DNA from: Epiperipatus broadwayi
Lineage: Eukaryota; Animalia; Onychophora
NCBI GenBank assembly: GCA_028023455.1
Contig: JAQFVV010000007.1
Coordinates: 15,624,001 to 15,688,000, forward strand
Direction of reading: 5' to 3'
DNA: 64,000 nt
The notes beneath the pieces are model-generated. The model saw only the letters and a program-made list of their open reading frames with translations. It did not search any database and was not told the DNA's origin. The position numbers were made by a program, and so were the translations under genes. Positions 1 to 12,165 of this stretch are shown here, piece by piece (the first letter of the stretch is position 1; each line of letters opens with the position of its first letter).

Positions 1-600
1 TTGTTAAAAACATCAGAGCAATTATTAAAAAGGAAGCTTCACAAAAGGAGCTAATAATACTGTGAATCTACTTTGGAAAATTATATTGTCTCCTTAACGC
101 TGCAACTGTTATTATATAAAACACCATTTTCTAAGTTGATAGCTGGCATAAAAATAAATATTGTTTGATGTTGCCATGATAAAACTGAATCTCAGTGGAA
201 TAACTTGGACACACCCATAACCCGGAGTTGCTGAAAGATATTAAAATTTGTAAATGACTACTTTAGCAGAAATTGCATGCAAAATTGTTCTCTTTTTAAA
301 AGATTATTAAAACATATTGAAAGACACTTCCATTAAATTTTTTTTAGTCTGTACTTGTATTATATATTATATGAAAAGCTTCATGGGCATTGGTCAAGGC
401 ATATTACTGGGAATTACAAGAAATATTAGTATTCCACATCCCTATATAATTGTCTCCTAGTCAATCCAGATCTTTCTTAATAGAAAAATACCTTAATAAA
501 GGGTAAAACAAAATGAAACTAATCTCATCATTTGGATAGTGTTGTGAGTAGTATTATCTATGTTTTTCTGCACATGGATGCTGTAAATACTTTTATTCTG
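1..600 (-). mobile_element. Possible highly decayed non-LTR RT fragment
   Basis: Only weak RT-like traces (GV.Q-like near 210 and KVD...Y near 60). Confidence 0.2.
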
Positions 601-819
601 GTAGATATTTAAGAGTCTAATATTGTCTTCAACGTTTTTCTGCAAGAGATGCTAAAAATATATTTATTTTAACATGATCATTTAAATTAAAGGCTGCAGA
701 TTACCCCAATCTATTCGTTATATTATTTAATTTATATTCCTAAGAGCTGGTGTAATTATTAGTCAATTGAGCATTAAGCCTAGGTGACAACACTTGATCA
801 TCATTATTGATCATCTATT

Positions 820-1350
820 AAAACAATAGCAAAGTCTCATACAGTAGTGACACCCAGTGCAAGCCATAATAATCAGTGGATGCTAAAAAGTTTGTGCATA
901 AAATTCCTATCTAGTATCTACTCATCCAACATCTCCAAACTAATTTATAGCTTATAGATTTTATCACTAATGAACTTTGAATATGGGAACAGTTGCATCT
1001 AGATCCATGGATCTAATGCAACCCTCCACCTATTTCCTTTTACTTATTTAGTTAACTGTAAAAGTATGAGCTCAAGAAGTAAACCCAGTAATGTTTTCAG
1101 TCCAAACTTAATTCATTTCTACATACAGGTCTGAACCCAGTTCAGTATTTATTCATTTTAGTGTCTGTAGTTTTTTAATAACCATAGTTACCATTATCCC
1201 ATGGATAGGATTGGTATTAAATGACTAAAACATCACATGATCATCATTTCCTATGCATTCATAAGTTGTTAAAACAGTAACAAAGTCTCCATACAGTAGC
1301 AGCCATTGATTACTCTGGCTTGCACTGAGTGACACTACTGTGTGCTGATA
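820..1350. mobile_element. Two partial copies of a non-autonomous inverted-repeat element (family A, CTCCATACAGTA.../...TACTGTATGGAG)
   Basis: The blocks cagtgcaagccataataatcagtggatgc (~856-883) and ccattgattactctggcttgcactgagtg (~1303-1331) recur at ~51105-51150 and ~56850-56900. Confidence 0.6.
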
Positions 1351-1522
1351 AGTATTATATTCTTTTATTGATTTGATACAAAGAGATGCACTTGATGTTT
1401 TTTTTAGTAATACTTTAGTTAAAGATCTTGTTTTACTTTTTATCTCTTTTTACTTCTTCATATACTTACATGCATACACTTTCTACTTTTTGTTTATTAA
1501 ACATGTTTTTTTTTTTTTTTAG

Positions 1523-1605
1523 TTGTCCTCCTGGATACTACCCAAGAGTCTGTATTAGATTGGACTCGCTTCCCTCCGCCAGAATCAAATTCTGGAACAC
1601 AAGGG
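1523..1605 (+). CDS. Eph: Internal coding exon of an Eph receptor tyrosine kinase (start of the ephrin-binding domain; equivalent to vertebrate exon 2)
   Basis: Acceptor T15-AG at 1521-1522 and donor G|gtaagt at 1606. Phase 1 to phase 0 translation is (V)VLLDTTQESVLDWTRFPPPESNSGTQG, matching the arthropod Eph pattern VVLLDTT.E..L.WTR(Y/F)P...G. The intron falls at the conserved G|W position. The ORF track shows the wrong frame (CPPGYY...). Confidence 0.85.
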
Positions 1606-1980
1606 GTAAGTCATTACATTATAACAGATGAATGAATTACTGTTTTAGTACTTATATATTCAATTAAAACTTCTTTTAACTTATGAATGTTAACTTGTGT
1701 TCACTTTCTAATATTTTATAAATATTAATGTATAACTTATTAATTCAACATATATATGATTGGGATTACAATTTAATCATAATTTGGTTTCGCAACAATT
1801 GCATTATTTCAATGAGTTAAAGAAATACCTTTGATTTGTTTCAAAATAATTTTATTTTATACTAGTAGAATAATAACTGCAGTATTTTATTTTTTCTGTC
1901 TGGTGTTTCTTATCTTAATGCAGATACTAAATGCAAGTTGAAATATATATATATTTTTCTTAAGCGTATTATAATATCTA

Positions 1981-2088
1981 TGTAAATGTTTCAAATATTC
2001 AGAAAATATAGTTTTTTTCTTTTCATATATCAAATGTAAATGTTTCAAATATTCAGATAATATAGTTTTTTTCTTTTCATATATCAAA
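1981..2088. repeat. Tandem duplication, 2 x 54 bp
   Basis: tgtaaatgtttcaaatattcaga(a/t)aatatagttt... starts at 1981 and again at 2035. Confidence 0.85.
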
Positions 2089-2167
2089 TGCGTTGACTGG
2101 GAAGTGGGAAGTGAACCCGGGTCAGCTGCTTGGAAGGCAGCTATGCTAACCACTAGGCCACTGACAC
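2089..2167 (-). pseudogene. tRNA-Gly(TCC)-derived pseudogene
   Basis: Reverse complement is gtgtcagtggcctagtggttagcatagctgccttccaagcagctgacccgggttcacttcccacttcccagtcaacgca. The D and anticodon arms match metazoan tRNA-Gly-TCC. The acceptor stem has mismatches and the T-loop carries a 7-nt duplication. Confidence 0.8.
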
Positions 2168-3569
2168 TTGACAGAAAAGAATGATTTATTACTTGATTAG
2201 CATGCTTTCAACAATTCTTTACAGATTCATAGCACTCGCCCTTCTCTGGTTGAATCAATCTTTTCTGAATTAGTATTTGAAACATTTACACAGATATATA
2301 AGCTGGTAAGTCATCACACAATGCTTTATTTAGGTTATGTCATCCTATTGGCAAAGAGTCAAAGGTGTATGGCACTTAGAATGTAACTAAGATTACTAAA
2401 TTATTGATTGATGATTTAAAGAACAGACTTATATAGATGTACGAGCAAGTTAGCTTGGGTTGAGAACATAATGTTATCAATTATATAAAATAAACAAAGC
2501 AAAGCAAAACTCCATATAGTAGTGCCACCTGTGCTAAACAGGTGCTTTGCTTTGTTTATAAACAATTATGTGCTAGTATTGGAGATGTGATCATGTGATA
2601 TATAAAATAACTGAAAATGGTTTCTTTATAGATATGTGCAAATCATTGCTTTTCATTGGTTGAAATCAGCTGAAAAGTAGTTTGGGGGTTTGATCGACAA
2701 CACTATCTGGTTTCATTTACTGCTTGCACTTATATAAATAACTATTAAGATATCGTTATAGAATGAACTAATGTAAGCATTAATGCTTTGTTTGACTTCA
2801 GATTTATCACAAATCTGAAAGATTGGATGGTTACAAAGGCACATTTATGAATTTATTACACGTATATTCTTTACCACTATTATACTTCTGTTTCATTTAA
2901 TCTTGTAATGTGGATATTAGTTATCATCATTTACTAGGAAATATTGAAAGGTTGATGGATTAAATGCTGTATGTTTACAGTGGATTGCTAAAATTTTTAT
3001 TAGTGAAATCAAACTGATTATAATTATATTATATAAATAGAAAGTCTGATAAGCATTTTCATGTGGATGTTCAGAACTCACATGTCCAAAAGGTTTTATT
3101 ATTTAAAAATATTTATTAGGACATTTATCAATTTCTTGCCTCCTACATCGTCTTATTTTTGAACTGTTGGGCATTGTAATGTGAATATTAATTATTTTGA
3201 CCAATGGAAAAATATGATGATTGATGAATTAAATATTGTGATATACACAAATAATTGCTAAACATTTTGTCTCCAAAAGGAAAAAAACCCAATTGATTGC
3301 AATTTAAAATATATATATATAAAGTCCAAATATTATTTCTGTGATATTCAGGTGTTTCAAGTCTATATCCCACCTGACAAACCAGGGTTTGTGGTGATAT
3401 TTATATATAATGAGAGAGATTAATCTGAAAGCTTTCACATAGTGATAATTCCCAGTTTGTAATAAAACCTGGAGGGGTATAGCAGAAATTTAAAATGTTT
3501 GATTGGTTATAAGTATATTACTTATTGTAATATTTATATGCAGTCATTTTCTTGTAGTTATTCTAAAAT

Positions 3570-3915
3570 GCTTACATCAATAACACCTATTGATCTACTA
3601 CAGAATGAAGATCTCTCCAGATTTGATCCAGTTTCTCTGATTCATAGCTTATTTCAACAATCCATCTTATATGTGGTCTCTTTCTAAGTCTTTTTATATA
3701 ACCTCTTTGTAATCTAATTTATAATTCTTGTGTTCATCTATTATTATATCTTCTAGAAATATGATGTCAGTGATACCCGTTTGTTCTCTCACCCATGTAT
3801 TTTGTTTTTAATATCCTTGTTACTCCTAACATATCTTTTAATATTTCATTGATTGGTTTGAAGTTTCTGTATTGCTTTTCTGTTTAAGTCTCAGATCCAT
3901 AAGTAAGAAACTAGA
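3570..3915 (-). mobile_element. RTE-clade LINE 3' fragment
   Basis: Reverse complement resembles the better-preserved copy at 29300-29720 (cttacttatggatctgagact...gagaacaaacgggt...tggagagatcttcattctgtagtagat). Confidence 0.7.
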
Positions 3916-4204
3916 AAAACATATATATATTTTTTCAGTTATAGATTCTATTTTGAAGAAACTAAATAAATCATGCAGGCTATATTAATGTTATTGTGTC
4001 TTATATAATATCTATCAGCATTGTTATGACCAGGAATTTCATTTAAACCTCTACTAAATAAAAAAGCATTGGTTTATTACTGACAAAATGCAATAAAATT
4101 GGATTGATTAAGGTATATAGTTTAAAATCATGATATAAATTCTGTGAAAAATCATATATTTTTAAAATTTTGTAGAACAGTATGATGCAAAAAACATAAA
4201 TATT

Positions 4205-4675
4205 GTAATTTGTCTAATGTGCTGACAGAAAGGATTTGTTGGTTGATAATGAAAGCCACAGAATTGTAATTATGATAACTTATCTAATGCTCACACAGAA
4301 AGGGTTTAATAGTTGATAATGAAAACCCCAGAGTGGTAATTATCATAATTTGTTTAACGCTCACATAAAAAAAATTTTATGAATGATGTTGAGAACCACA
4401 GAATTATAATTATCATTAACTTATGTTACCCACATAGAATGGATTTGATGATTGATATTGAGGTCTGCAGAAATTACTACAACTTATCTAATGCTTACAA
4501 AGAAAGGATTTGCTGCTGATATTGAGAACCACAGAAGTGTAATTATTTTATCTTATCTAATGCTTATATAGAAAGGATTTTACTGTTGATGTTGAGAACC
4601 ATAGAATTATAATTATCGCAACTTGGCTAATACCCTCACAGAAAGAATTTGACAATTGATTTTGAAAACCATAAA
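4205..4675. repeat. Diverged minisatellite, about 7 x 70 bp
   Basis: The unit t(a/g)tctaatgct.acacagaaagga...gagaaccacagaatt.taattat starts at about 4211, 4281, 4351, 4421, 4485, 4554 and 4624. Confidence 0.85.
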
Positions 4676-5639
4676 TTTAGTATAACAATGCCTTAAATAT
4701 TATAATATATAAATATCTTTTCTTTGCTTACTGAAATATATGGGTCACAATAATATCAAGTCCCTATTTGAACACAGTCAGTAGCTGTTGGTTTATATAA
4801 AAATAAGCTGTAAGTATAAGTGGGGCATTTATGCTTTTAAGACACATATTGATTGGTGAGTGCATGTATATTTTATATATCAATTCAATAGTGGATGTAT
4901 AAAGATTCATTTCCTTTCACAAGTTTTACATATGCTATATACTGGAATAATATAAATTACTTCAGATATATGTTATCCCCCAAAAATCTGTAAATTATGA
5001 TTTTTTTTTATTTTTCTGTGGAAAATCCACAAAGCAGAAACAGACTTGGAAAAGCATGCAAATAAAGATATAACAATGTTGAGGTATATTTTGACTAACA
5101 AATAAATATGTATTTCAAGGCAGTAGTGTATTTTGTAGATTCAACACATGAAATGGTCATGGATTAGTAAGAAGTAAGATATAACAAAACTAGAGAGACA
5201 AAAACTATTGAAATATTATTGAGAAAGACTATTAGCATTTAATATAATGTTGTAACCTTCAGAAATATTTAATTGAACTTAAATTAAAATTTGCAAATAA
5301 ATTTTAAAATATTAACAGACTTCCAAGATGAGTTGAATCACATTAATGAAAATATATGTTCTGATTTATAGGTGTCAAACTTATTTCACCCACAACTTTG
5401 ACTTGATCCAATGTAGATAAATACATTAATGATTATCACTAAACATTTAGATTATCTTTATTAATAAATACTTAACACATGATAAAGATGTATATAAAAA
5501 ATTGTAACCTGCACCAACTGATGAGTACTGGTTTACTGTAAAATGTATATTAGAAATCTTTTGTCTTTTATGGTGTCTTTATTTATGTGATTCAAAATGT
5601 ATGGTGAAATGGAAATTATTATACATCTTTATTAAGACT

Positions 5640-7290
5640 GACTGATGTGACAAAGATAGCTGATGTAAAAATGAACAATTGACCAATAAATTTATATAGT
5701 AATCAAGATAAAAAATATATCCCACAATTACATCTCCTTCTGAAATGCCAAATTTTTTGAATGAAGATGTGAAATATGCAATTAAATCTATGACAAATGT
5801 AAAAGTTTCAGGATATGAGAGAATTAGCAATATCTCAAAAGAAACAGACAAAGAAAAAGAAAAGTTGTTGGCAATGTTCTATATACCAAACGTTTGAATG
5901 TTAAATATATACTGGATAATTAGAAGAATACACAGTGAGATATATATTTAAAGAAAGAAGAAAAAGTAGTTATTAAAAATTGCAATTATATCAGTCATCT
6001 GTGAGTTATAGACAAGATCTTTACTATGATCAGTGCAACTCTTCTATAAAATCTTTGGACTCACATCAACTAAAAATCAAACTGGACTTAAAAAGAGTAC
6101 AGCAAGTCTCTTCCAGGTGTTGTGAGAAATTCTATAAAGGACACATGAATATGGTTTGTTATTATGCTTTATGTTTGTAGATTATAATAAGGCATTTACA
6201 ATTTTTTTTCCATAGGAATTAATATTTTGGAACATCAAGAAATAGAGCCATGTTTAAGTCAAATTTTGAAAAAATATTTATCAAAGTGAAACAGAAGTGA
6301 TTAGATTACATTGTGTTGTTAAGAAGTTTTAACATTGATAAGGGTGTATGATAGGATGACTCCATATTTTTGACATTTTTCACAGTAGTTTTAGGAAAAT
6401 AGATTAAAATGAAAAGCTGAGGAAATAAGAATATTGTAGATTATTTGAATCATTTAGATTTTCCAAGTGATGTGGTTATTTTTGCAAATAATGTTTCAAA
6501 CCTTCAAGAAATGTTATATGTGTTATTATTATGAAAGCAAGAAAGTAAGACTAAAGATAAATGCTAAGAAGTCTAAAGCAATTTCACATAAGAAGAAAAT
6601 AAAGATTAAATCAAGCAAGTATTAGAAGTTTAATCAGTAAATATAAATAAGGACACTGTGAATAAAATTAAACTAAACTTGATGGAGTGCATTTAGTAGA
6701 AATAATTTGATACTAAAAGGAAATAAACCTTTTACATTTGAAAAGAAAGGTTTTTTTTTAAATACACATATGAGACTTAAGTGCTTAACAATGAAATGAT
6801 ACAGAGACTTCAAACAACTTGATGAAGTAAGGAAAGATATGTCTTGCGTTGTTAGCCGAGAGGTATCACAGCCGCCATGCAAGCAAGTAGTTGGTTGCAG
6901 ATGGTTATGGGTTCGCATCCCGGCCGATGCTATGACATATGGAAAAAAAGTAAGGAAAGATATTTGTTGAGAGCAACAATAAGGGATTGAAAGTTAAATA
7001 CTTGGGTTAGAGAACAAACAGGTATCATTGATATGATCAAATGAATTGAGAATCTGAAGTGAAGGTTGGCTAAACCTATTGGTAAAAGAGATGATAGTAG
7101 ATGGTCAGCTGATGACTTAAATTGGATCCCAATAGATTGTAAATACTTAGAATAAGACCAAATACAAGGTGGTTGGATGAGATAAAGGAAGTTTACTACA
7201 ATGATGTGCATATCCTATTGATTGGAGAAACTGGACTGAACTTGAAGAGATCATTATCCTGCAGTGGATTAATAATGTTTGAAAATGATA
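5640..7290 (+). mobile_element. Degraded RTE-clade LINE (RT domain to 3' end), interrupted by a SINE
   Basis: Frameshifted RT motifs (YLNHLDF..D near 6440, LQEML near 6500, LKINAKKSK near 6550) and the family 3' end atcctgcagtggattaataatgtttga at ~7257-7283. Confidence 0.7.
6841..6947 (+). mobile_element. Young short tRNA-derived SINE, copy 1
   Basis: A-box-like TAGCCGAGAGG, B-box-like GGTTCGCATCCC and an A-tail. The 16-bp TSD aagtaaggaaagatat lies at 6825-6840 and 6948-6963. Confidence 0.85.
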
Positions 7291-7849
7291 TGTTAATAGC
7301 GAGAGAAGGATGAGTATGAATTGTCTCTCAACATAGAAATTATAGTGCACAACTTATTGATATCCAATCCCTAAAACAATTAAGCTTTCTTGGGAGTTTT
7401 TAACAATACTTACTATATGAAAGTAAGCAGATAAAACCTTACTGTACAGCACTTATCAATGCCATTATCAGAAACCTTTCAGGCAAACATTCTAAAATAA
7501 TGTGTTTGCAAATATGTAAATCAAAAATTGGTTATGAAAGGGGGGGAGTGCATACTCTAGTTACGAAGGGGAGTGGGATGGAGTGGTTCAATAAAAGTTT
7601 TCACAGAATGCAATTTGCTTGAATATATATATGATTTTAATGTTATAATTTTCAACTTTCCATTATGGAATTTCATTTTTATGTTATCTATTGATATACA
7701 CGTGTGTACACAGACACATACATATTTATATGTTTATATTTTAATGTATGTGTATTATTTACAAATGTCATATATACATTTTAAATAAAACCTCATGATT
7801 TAGCATGGCAGATAAATTAATGGAATTAAATTTAAAAAAATTAAGAATG

Positions 7850-8790
7850 TGTGTGCGTTGACCAAGTGATTGGAATGCCTTGAATCAAAACTGCTCGAAT
7901 ATCACATGACCTTCGAGCAAATAATCATTACATTTTTTTTTAATTGACTGAAACTATTATGCTAGCCTAACTTTTGTTGCTCGAATATCACGCCCTCCAC
8001 AGTTAATCACTTTTCTATTTATATATAAGATGTCTTTATACAAATACAATAATATAATAAATTATTAGAATTAGAACATCATTATAATAGTCTCATATAC
8101 GTATGAATTCATATAAACGTAGTATTAATCAAGAAATATTCGTATTTATAATATTTATTATTTATTAGTCAATTGTGTTTTGCGTTCCATTCTAATTATT
8201 CCAATATCAATGCCCTCATTAAAGTAATATAGCTAATATTTGTTGTTCTTTTAATGGAATTTATAATATAAAGCTTCATTTTAAGTCTTTTTTATTATTA
8301 TTAGCGATCAATTTATTTAATCTCAGCATACATTGATATCCAGACTTTATTACTTCTAATCTTTCTGTGATTAAAAATTATATTTAATATTTTTTTTCTT
8401 ATTGAACAGTGCCTCCTAGTGACAAAAAGAAAAGTTCTCTGAATATAAGCTACATTACATTTTCAATTCATTAGTCGTAGGTTTTATCTTATTCACTCAA
8501 GAGGGTATGAGTTTAAACTCATATTAACCAATTTAAATACGAATGTGGGTTTGTAGGCAATGGTTTTAAGATTTAAAATTGACTGTAAAATTAATATACT
8601 GAGAAATTAATTTTATGTTTAAAATAGGTTAAAAAAAATGTTTCTATTAATTAAAAAAAAAGTATGATTAGTCGTCCGGAAGATTTATGGGATGTACGAG
8701 CACGGGAATCACGTGTTGTTCGAGCTTTGATTCAGAAATCGTTCGCTCTCGAGTCATTCTACTACTCCAATAACCGCATTTAAAAATCTG
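7850..8790. promoter_or_regulatory. CpG-retaining putative promoter region
   Basis: CpG clusters at 7890-7995 and 8670-8780 sit in otherwise CpG-poor DNA. CCGGAAG at 8676, CACGTG at 8710, and tgctcgaatatcac repeated at 7892 and 7978. Confidence 0.45.
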
Positions 8791-11039
8791 GTGGGTTGAA
8801 AATAGAAAGGATTCATTGATTTATTTATGTGGTTGAAAATATTCGCTGACACAAATATAAGTTCATAGAGAAATTTATGTAGATGTTTATATTTGTTACA
8901 TTTATTTACTTAAAAAAAAAAAATAAGGCAGGTGGTTTTAGTGCCATAATTTAGGTTTGCATTGATTAATATGAGCCTGCTAAGCGATGTTTCCCTGCCT
9001 TTGACAGTAAATCGATACTGTTTGTGAAAGATGGAAATGGGTCTTTGCTAAGCTCAAGTTGATCAGAAATCTCCCATTTTATTTAACACTTGCGAGAGAA
9101 GCTTTGCAACGTAAATAATTGAAGATATCACAGATTTGCATTAATAGTATCAAAATAAATTAATATTTAGCGTATGCTTATTATATATTAATCATAACCC
9201 TCAATATTAACAAATGAATAGATTGTTTATATATGTATATATTTTCCTATTACATTTTATCTTAATCTGCTATCATTTATTTTATTAACTTTAAAAACAC
9301 GTGATTTGTGTAATATGAAAATAAAAAAGGAATAAAATAAAGAAATTGATATTAAAGAAAATTCCATTTAAATATAGCTTTTTTTTTTTTTTAATTAATT
9401 CTTTTTAAGAGCAATAGCATTTATTTTGATATAAAAAGAATGATTGCGAAAATATAATTAGTCAGGTAATAAAGTCAAAAATAGCACAAATCATCATCAT
9501 TACCAGGCTTTCGAAAATAATGGATTCCTCACTCCAGAAAAACAGAGAGGGAAGGCGGGAGGGAGAGAAGGAGAAAAAGAAGAACAAAAACTTAATGAAT
9601 TTTGAAAGGATTGTACGAATCAACGAGAGCCCCTTATATGTCCAGATTTATCAGCTGGTCCTTTAATCTTATTTATTTACTATCTGTGTATGTTTTTTTT
9701 TAAATTTATAAAGCTCATCATCTTTTCTGAAAGATTTCAACTCATTGCCGAATTGTAGCTCTTTATTTCAATGAATTTTGAAATGATTATATAAACCAAT
9801 GAGAGGCTCATATATGTCCATAGTATTCCATGCCGGTCTTTTAATATATTAAAAATAAGAATAATCGAATGGGTTTATTGTTGGAAAGTTTATAAAAAAT
9901 TTGAGCACCGGTAGAATCAGAACTGGAATCGACCTAGGGCCTTTAATCTATTTACGATAATGTTTTTATTCATTATTTTCTGAAAGACTTCAACTCATTC
10001 TCTAATTGTAGCTCCCTATTTTATTTTACTCCTGTTCATATTTGCTGGTGATAACAATGGATACTGCATTTTTCATGTAACTTTGAAATTCTGTTTATAG
10101 TATAAATTAAAGCCGAGTTTTCGATGAAATGTATGAAAATTTCATATGCTTTATTATTATTATTTGTTACATTGAATCCGACATGTGTTATGCATACAAC
10201 ATTCTGTTATTTGTTACATTGCATCTGATTAGCTTGTGATGTGTACAAATGAAAAATATTCTGATTTGCTTTATGATCTTATATTTTTACATTAGCATTT
10301 TTAAATGGATCATTTTTGTCCAATGCATGTCTCATGAATAGATTATGATTCATTTCCTTACATTGAATTTGACAGAATGATATTCCTATAAACATTTAAT
10401 TTAGTGGGAGTAATCATATCTCTATCAAAGCAATATTTTATTATCTTGTTAAGCATAGCAGAATATTAAAAATCTGCATTGCATCCCAACATCCAATTCT
10501 GCATCTCTATTAAATAACCATCCAAGATATTTCTCCAAACGATAATCATCAAAACCATAAATCATAGAAGATTTTTTCCTCCAGTGTTGGGCATTAAAGT
10601 GTTGTGAATTTTATGAACATTTGATTATTAAATTAAATTAATTATAGCTTTTTTGAATTATCAAGAGAAACATAAATAGTAGAGCACTATAAGCCTAGAA
10701 GCTTATTAGTACATTTTATTTTTATACAGAAAGGTATCAGATTAATATGATAATGCACAATTCAACCAGGCTTGTAACTCAGGATTTGAATTTGGATCTG
10801 AAAAAACTAACATATTTTTTTAGGCTCTAGTTAGTCATATGATTTATTTTCAAATAGCTTAGTCTGCAACCCAACTAACTATTCAATATTTGATGATAAT
10901 CCCTCTGCACAATGCTTTTTTCCTCACTATTTCTTTCTAAAGTGAAACTGGATAATTCTTTGCTGTGCAATTATATTCAAAGGCTAGTGTTCAATGGATT
11001 GTCTCAGAAAACAAAATTAAAGATTTATAATGATGACTT

Positions 11040-11400
11040 AGAAAAAGTTCAGTAAATTATTAATATAGGTGGAAACATAACAAATAAAATTGTTAGAATT
11101 AAACTTGGATAGAAAGCTTTTAATAGAAAACTTAATAATAAAAGGAAATAAGTATATGTGTTTAAAAAAGAAGTCCTTACTTATGGACCTGAGACTTGAG
11201 CATTTAATAGAAGAACAATAAAGAGATTCCTCTCAATGAAGTATATTGAAAGACTGAGACTTGGATATTTAATAAAAGGCAAGGCAATACAGAGATCAGT
11301 TATTATTTATGGACTTGAGACTTGGACACTTAACAGAAGAGTAATATGGAGATGTTATACCTTGCAAGGTAGTATGGAGAGATGTATGTTAGGAATTTAC
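11040..11400 (+). mobile_element. RTE LINE fragment with an internal duplication
   Basis: The YG(S/L)ETWTLNRR-coding block occurs twice (~11180 and ~11305) and is homologous to 29315-29400. Confidence 0.7.
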
Positions 11401-12165
11401 CTTATAAATAATAAATAATAGATGGGAATTTACCTAATTATATAAATAATAAATCATACACACACATATATTTACAAAATTACACTCATATCCCTTTCAA
11501 GTATATAAATATTTTAAATTCTTCTGCAAAAATAAGATTAAAACATTTAGAATAGTAAATATTATTTCTATAGTGTAATTTTCACTACAAAACTCTCATG
11601 CAAGGTAGGAATTGGTTTCTATTTGCATTTAACATCTTGTGAAAGGGGAAGGGGGTCATAAACATATGACCAAAAATATGTAAAAAAGATGTACGATTCC
11701 CAAGATGCACATTTCATGCTGAATCAGCACTCATCAGTTGGCCCAGAACACAATCTCTTATATCTTTATCATTATTCATTGTATATATATATATAGGCAA
11801 TTAATTACTTTAGTTTAATTGATAAGTGTTAAACTTACTGACCTCACAATTTTGAGATAAACCACTCGATGGAAGTCTCTACTTTGTGTGAGAGTGGTGT
11901 AGTGAAAATTACAGTACAGAAATATTCATTAAGTAGATAGTCTCTAGTCTAGTGAATGGCTAATAAAAATTATTTATCTTTTCAGTTTTAAAAATCATTT
12001 TTTAAATCTTCATATATTAGGAACAACTATCTTATATATAATATTGCAATGCCATTAACATTGATTTTCTTCTCTAAAGGAGTAAATCCATATATAATAA
12101 TAATCATGCTAATTAATTGTTCCATGATAAAGAAATAAACAATTAACTATATATATATATATATA

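Noticed and set aside
1428-1631. ORF containing CPPGYY, resembling an EGF/TNFR cysteine motif
   Set aside because: It is a shifted frame over the Eph exon plus intron. The Eph frame matches far better and fits the splice phases.
4205-4675. Possible coding repeat or CRISPR-like array
   Set aside because: The period is 70 with stops in the frames tested, there are no unique spacers and there are no cas genes.
7443-7491. - strand exon candidate (CLPERFLIMALISAV) with good splice sites
   Set aside because: I could not link it to phase-compatible neighbours. It is left as a possible but unsupported exon.
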